The translations under genes were made by a program, and so were the position numbers. Of a DNA stretch of 64,000 nt, positions 29,927 to 64,000 are shown in pieces (position 1 is the stretch's first letter; each line of letters opens with the position of its first letter). The notes under the pieces are model-generated. The model did no database searches. It was not told where the DNA came from and worked only from the letters and a program-made list of their open reading frames with translations. This DNA comes from Tubiluchus corallicola (Eukaryota > Animalia > Priapulida). The stretch lies in NCBI GenBank assembly GCA_030141605.1, contig JAQGDQ010000207.1, positions 1 through 64,000 on the forward strand, given 5' to 3'.

Positions 29927-32814
29927 TTAAAATGTACTTTCATTTTTTAAAGGAAACAACATTTTGGCATGAAAAATGATCCTGTCTGCCTTAAAATCTA
30001 CCTTCATTTTTGAAGGAGACAACTTTTTAGCATACCTGATTCAGTAATTAAGCTGACATTATACCTCAAGTATTTATAGCAGCTTTGACATAAAGTACAA
30101 ATTATAATTCAGTAACAAGTAAAGCAGCAAAAACCAGGAAGATGCATGTTTACTGATGACAAAGTTTTATATCCTTTCGACATTTAGTAATACAGGAAGT
30201 GATTTAAACAGGAAAGTGAACTGTGTCTGCATTTATGTGCCTTGCACGACATAACAAAGTGGATTTCCGCCATGAGTTGATCCTAATTCTCTATTTCGTG
30301 GTTTTGAAAAATTGCGCAGCTTATAGCATTTATGAATTATACGAACCAGCAGATATGTTGTCAGTGTGCGATCCAATTATACTGCGATATAATTCTGTCA
30401 TTTTTTGCAATGTTTGATTGCCGCTCGCCATGATTTGCACGGTCGTGGAGCCGTTTTTCTAACCACCCCGTGTTCCGTTATTGACAAAATGTCATCCAGA
30501 CATCCTGTCTTCCTTTAATTGTAGGGACTGCTTGACTGCCCAGAGAATTAACAGAACTAACTTAGTTTTTAGTTATGTAAATAACTACACTGTACCAGCA
30601 GATTCATAGTTTCTGTTACAATTTCTTTAGATGACTTTAGGCATTTATTTTATCCAATTGTTTTCAGCTAATCTCCTCTGACCATCGTTCTGGACGAACA
30701 GAAGAAGGCAATGCAATAAATTCTAAAAGGTTCACAATTTAAATTGTAACGAACAACAAACAAGCAAGTATCTTCCCAAGGAAGCTGATGCAAAGGCCGC
30801 AATGTTGTACATAAATTTGCATGTTAGGATTGTGATGTGTGCTATGTGGTCAGACTAGTTGACACATGAAACTTCGAACAACAGAATACTGATGTAAGAC
30901 AATGCATGAAATTGCGCATAGATGTATGCGAAGTCGTCAAGCAGAAACCTTGCCCAAAGTCAGAAATACTTTTACGATTTTGCGATATATGCATAGAAGT
31001 ATAGATGCCATCCGCAGTTTAGATTACAGTACACACCAATGGAGAATAACTGGTTAAATGTGACAGATGGTTATTAGAAGTTTGAAAAAGCTGAAATTTC
31101 AAGACTACTGTTAACTTGCATTTGTCCTTAAACACTTTTAATTGTATCGTTTCGCCATCGTGCATAATTGAAGCAGAGATTCTTGACCTTTCACGAATAA
31201 TTTCTCAGCACGCCGTTTTTTTCAGACTTTGTGCTTCATTATTCATGAATAGCTTTCACGTTTGTTGCTGATGTTACAACAAAGTTTGCTCAAATGTCAT
31301 TTTTTTTAATAATCCATTGTTGCGCTTTTTAGCCTTTATATGTTGGCAATTAGATGTGGTACATTATTTAATGTTTGTGTCTCGCAATAATTATGACTAC
31401 CTGTTCTGATAAATCATGATCGTGCTGCCGCATTATTGGCAATCCGCACAGACAGAATTTAATAAGCTCTATTAAAGACCTAAAGAGTGAATGCTTTAAT
31501 AAGAATTTATCAAAAATTTATACCACGTTTTGTTATTGCTGCGTGCGGGCGCCAAGCTGGCGCCAACCGCATCGAATTCCGTGCGTCAAAGAGATGCCGA
31601 CAATGCTCTGACCAATTCCGTAGTAGCGTAAAATCGAAGTGATAGTGAGCGCAACTAAGCCACGTCCAAAGCCATGCCAGGTATGATCGATCGGGTTGAT
31701 GAGCTAGCGAATGCGATAAACCGACAATGCAGAAACTGCCCCGGAGTTCTTTACCTGCCACCGATCAACAAATATTAGTTCATTGATGTGACATGATCTC
31801 TTTTTCTCTCCGATCCAGATGCACAGCTGACTGAATTAACCCCAAAAAACGTGATGCTGTGCGATTAAATTAAGTAAACTAAACATGTTCGTGCGTGCGG
31901 TTGTGCGAAAAGAGCAAGCTTGCCTTTATTCACCTGCAACCAATAAGATAAAAGAGATGTTGTTTACACACAACAAATACTCTATCTATTATAATCTTCT
32001 TAAGCAGAGCCCAAAGCCGCGACACGGCCTGAGCAGACGTCCAAACAGAAAGTAATTAACGTTAGTGCAAAACTGTTTTAATCCGACACTCACGTCAGCA
32101 GAGCAGTTTAAAATGGATTCCTGCAAATAGAAGAACTTTATTAATTAAAAAGTCAATTAACAGAATCCCTATATTGTAATACAAGTACTGTGAGTCCTAT
32201 GAATCTTTATTACAAAAATACAAGAGTGGAAGCCACCAACACCAAATGCATAACAAGTTATAATAAGCTACAATGATTATAGCTACGTATGCATAGGAAT
32301 GGTTAGACTACATTGTGAATGCTGCTTTAGTCAAAAATAACAAAACCCAATTATGAAAAATATAAGTTTGCAAATATGGGAAACCACAAAGGCCATATTC
32401 ACAGTTACACAAATATAATAAACTTGGTATGTATGTGCAAAATGTAGCCATAGAACAGTTATGTTTATTCCCATAAATTTTAATTGGTATTTCATTTCAA
32501 ATACGTATTTTATGATGTAAAGTAAACACTTAAATAATAATTTGTAAATTAAAAATACACAACGCCATACTAAATTAAAGGTTCAAAATGTATTAAGCCG
32601 CATGCTTTTGTACTGCTTTAATCCAAATGACTGTATGAAAAAGTTTTTATTCTGAAAATTACATTATGCTCACAGAAAGAATCTCAATTATTATTTGCAA
32701 CCAGCAAAAGTGCAACTTTCCGGTCAAAGCTAGAGCCAAAATATATTGGACATTAAGAATGTGTTACAAAAAAAAACACGAGTTGTTGCCCGCCCAAAGG
32801 CAAAAGAATAATAA

Positions 32815-32985
32815 ACTAGCAAAGGCCCCGCAAAAAATTTTGCGGATAAATACACTTATAATCAATAATACGTGAATATTCTACATAGTCCTCATTTATA
32901 AGGCAAAGCCAGTAGCAGCTTTTACTGAATTAAAGTTATAAGGTTGTAAGCAGAGTATAATGGATGACTTTGCGTCAGCAGTTTA
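32815..32985 (-). mobile_element. Helitron-like element, partial copy retaining the CTAG end
   Basis: Matches 61969-62155 with an internal deletion. Confidence 0.6.
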
Positions 32986-33847
32986 TGTGATATACATACG
33001 CTGTGTTGGACACAGTAACAGATATTACATGCACTTTTGCTCAAAAATTGTTCCAGTGACAGAAATTCTATTGTCCTAACACTTACTATAAGCCTGAGAT
33101 TTTATACTGATGGCATAGCTTAAATTGGTAAGTAAATGATGCAACTAATAGTTAAACTGACAAATAGCAATTCATTGTGATATTTTAATGGCAATTTTAA
33201 GATGAATAAATGCGAAATGAACTAGAAATTCTTATCTCTACAGCAGTGGTTTTCACAGTAGCTACTCCTGGAATGCCAAAAAAGATTAGAGGTGTTTAAT
33301 CCGAATTTTAAATCCTATTTAAGAAGTCAGTGGTCAGACAGAAGGATTAAGGCGCGACGAGCCGACAGTGCTATCAAACACAATGGGACGGGCAAACATG
33401 ACAGCTTAAAAATTCCTAAAGCAGGAAGGATAAGGTCAAGTTGGACAAATAAAAAGCGGATTTGTGATCTCGTGCACGAGTGCCATGTTGGTTTTTATAA
33501 TCCTGCATTAATCAAAATGACATAAATGCAATCAAAAGGCAAATTTACTTACAAACTGAAAATTGTTTTATTAATCATTTTTTCTTACCAAATTTTACAG
33601 CGTTTTTTTGTTGAGGCATTTGTTTTCTTACAGATTTATTATTAGATATGTGCAGCATTAAAAATCAATAAATTAGCAATTACTGCCATGCATAAACAAC
33701 ATCACAAAATACACTCTACTTGATATCAGAATTGTATCACCAATTAATGCAAAAAAGACACCGAACTTCTCAGTAATAAATGACAATGGTTATCGCATTA
33801 ACAACGTACATGGATGTGCCCGAGTTTCTGCTTACATAACTATTGTA

Positions 33848-34362
33848 GTAACTTAATTTAATAGACCAGCTAACAATTTCATAGTAAATTTTTCACTGAG
33901 TTATTAAACAGCTACAACGATGTAAGCAGAAAAGATTACTTACTGACTTTTCCTAAAATTTACCAAGACATGAATGTAACTTAATTTAATGGACCAGTTA
34001 ACAATTTCACGGTAAATTTTTCACTGAGTTATTAAACAGTTACAACAATGTAAGCAGAAAAGATTACTTACTGACCTTTCCTAAAATTTACCAAGACATG
34101 AATGTAACTTAATTTAATAGACCAGCTAACAATTTCATAGTAAATTTTTCACTGAGTTATTAAACAGCTACAACGATGTAAGCAGAAAAGATTACTTACT
34201 GACTTTTCCTAAAATTTACCAAGACATGAATGTAACTTAATTTAATGGACCAGTTAACAATTTCACGGTAAATTTTTCACTGAGATATTAAACAGTTACA
34301 ACAATGTAAGCAGAAAAGATTACTTACTGACCTTTCCTAAAATTTACCAAGACATGAATGTA
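33848..34362. repeat. 128-bp tandem repeat, 4 copies in A-B-A-B order
   Basis: Units start at 33848, 33976, 34104 and 34232; variants alternate tagaccagct / tggaccagtt. Confidence 0.95.
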
Positions 34363-36556
34363 CAGTGTATGAAATTTTTTAGTATAGCTTAGTTAAGTAA
34401 AATGTCCAGGAAAAAGAGCCTAGCTTTATAAGCACTATACCAGACCAATACAATCAACAAATTTACTAAATGTTGTCAGTTAAAAGTATTTACGAAACTA
34501 AAAACCATTATTTGCATTAATTTCCGTCAACATTACTCGAACGGTGAAGCAAAGATAATCACCCTTGCGCCTGATAAGTCAGAAAAAATAAAACTATAAT
34601 GTTAGCAATGAATAATAAGACCATTACGTAATAATTAATCGCTAAAAGAACACTAAACTCCCTGTATTAATTAAAAACAAAATCAGCAATTATAAAACTT
34701 AATTTCTATTTTGCTGATGTGAAGTGGTCAGAAACAAAAACTAATCAAACTCACAAAAAGCACAACAAAATCTGAATAATTGAGCAATCATTGGAATCAA
34801 AACGAACAACAAACAAAAGCTTTTCCAACGCCAGAAGCCGTAATAAAACAGATGATGCAACAACTGTACTGACACCTTTAATCAATATTCGTTTTTTCTC
34901 TTATATAATGACTATTTTCATACAGCCAAGCTCAGACTAACAAAACAACAATGTCATAAATAATTTTTATTTTTACTTGCATTGTAAGTTATAACCAAAA
35001 CCAGTCAGCATTCAATAGCAAAATGCCACAACGCAATTTAAACGAGAAATAACATGTAACAAGAAAACATTGAAAATAGATTCTATGTTACCGCAGCAGT
35101 GCTGTAGGTATTTCAGAAATGCATTAAAATAAAATTGGAAGCTCTACAATATGCCTCTAGAAACAATAATTACATCCAACATAGTTTGATTGCATAAGCA
35201 AAACAGTCCGGCGAGAATTGCTATATTGATTGTGAAGACAGAAATCTTTGATAGATGCTCTAATTGTGGGGGGGGACAAATACTTTTGTTTAATGCTTAT
35301 TCAACGCATGATTTTAATCGTATTTGACAAGTAGAATTGACTCAATTGTCGTACAGTAAACAGTGCAAAAACTATGCCATCTGTTTAGTACATTCACTCT
35401 TCTGTCAAAGATGCGAACACATCTGTAACAATTTTCCAAAAAAATACAGACAAAGGAAGTTTCAAAATGGCACGGTTGTAGGCTGAAGAGAATGTCGACA
35501 AATATTTCACGAATCCAAAATGATCAAAATAAAACAAAGTGGTTTTAAGATAAACTTCAGGCAATAAGATTATTAACACTGCTTTTGCTTCAAAGCAAAC
35601 CTTGTTAATATTGATACACATGAAACACAGAAAACGCATGATTATTGCTTTTGTTTTTAAACTTGACTATTTCCTTCTAACAAATAATGACGCATTTCTA
35701 ATCAGAATATAAAGAAATGTAGTGAAATGTTTTCAAAATATAAAAATCTACTACTATTGTACACATTGGTAACATTGGTGTTCACACGAACAAATATGGC
35801 ACTTTAAGATGACAGGAAAATTCTACGGGATTTAATAACAGTAGATAAGTAAGCATGAAACATTTACTAGAATTGGCATAATATCACACGAACACATGAA
35901 CACGACACGTTAAAATTAAAATTATGGACATTATTATGTACATTGCATGACTAAAGCGTTATTGGTTAATGGGAGATGTCATCCGCGCGAAGGCAAAATA
36001 CTAAAAAATAATGGAAACGCTTACGACAATGCAGTTAACACCGACGTCGATATAGAAACAGTTTATATGATACACACATACTCACATACATACAATAATA
36101 AATACTAGTGGTATATAAAAAACCGATATACTCATTATTTGGTAGCTATCCAGCAAACGAAAACACGAATTCGGTATAAACAGGTATTATTTACAAGTTG
36201 CCACATTGTACCAGCAATATGAAATCTATAATATTTGGTATAATTGTCTAAAAAATTCAAGCACGTGTTGCTGTAGAGGTGTGTAATGGTATTTGATGTT
36301 CAAAGCTCGAATAAACCAGGTAAAAGTTGATACCTCTAGAAGCAATCAGTGCGCGTTTGAGCATCACAGTATCGTACATCTTTCACGTTTGCGTCAAATT
36401 TATGCGTCAATTTTCGATTCTCGAAAATCGGAAACCTACGCCAAGAAGTGACGCAAAAGCGAACGGTGCATCATGTTAACAAATACATCACTTTGCTATC
36501 TGTATAAATTTGCCTAATATCACATGTGTCGCAAGGATACAGCTGACCGGGAGAAT

Positions 36557-63726
<27,170 letters not shown>

Positions 63727-64000
63727 CTGATTTAACAAACAAAATACAAAATCGTTTTATTCAAATTATCCCTACTGTTATTAGCTGCAATTGTCATTAG
63801 CAATAGCATTGCGGTAGCTTTCTAAATTAGCACAATTAGCAATCTCAATTTGAAGTGGTCGCAATAAATTTGCAACATTGTAGCTGCCCTTGATATGATC
63901 GTCACAAGTTTTAGCCATCTGAGAGGCATCACATTTTAGAAAAAATTCTCATTCTCCTCGGAAAATACTGTAGACACTTTCATATTCATGTAGAGGGCAC

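Overview
AT-rich, repeat-dense eukaryotic DNA, most likely from an invertebrate animal; it is not prokaryotic. Two spliced genes lie in tandem on the minus strand. The first is BCAS3: 19 coding exons reconstructed by hand from 63726 down to a stop at 36557, with the N-terminal exons outside the window. About 16.6 kb downstream of it is a Tbx2/3 (omb-like) T-box gene, with 4 exons from 19952 to 2180 and the rest outside the window. This gene order matches the BCAS3-TBX2 linkage of vertebrates. A tRNA-Gly(TCC) gene lies between the two genes. An apparently intact non-LTR retrotransposon (zinc-knuckle ORF1 plus the start of an APE-type ORF2) sits in a Tbx intron at the left edge. The rest is non-autonomous DNA transposons (hAT-like with 8-bp TSDs, Kolobok-like with TTAA TSDs, Helitron-like), tRNA-derived SINE remnants, decayed LINE tails and many micro/minisatellites. 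The most unusual structure is a nested inverted/direct duplication (18352-22146) around the first coding exon of Tbx2/3. All homology calls are from recognised motifs, not database searches.
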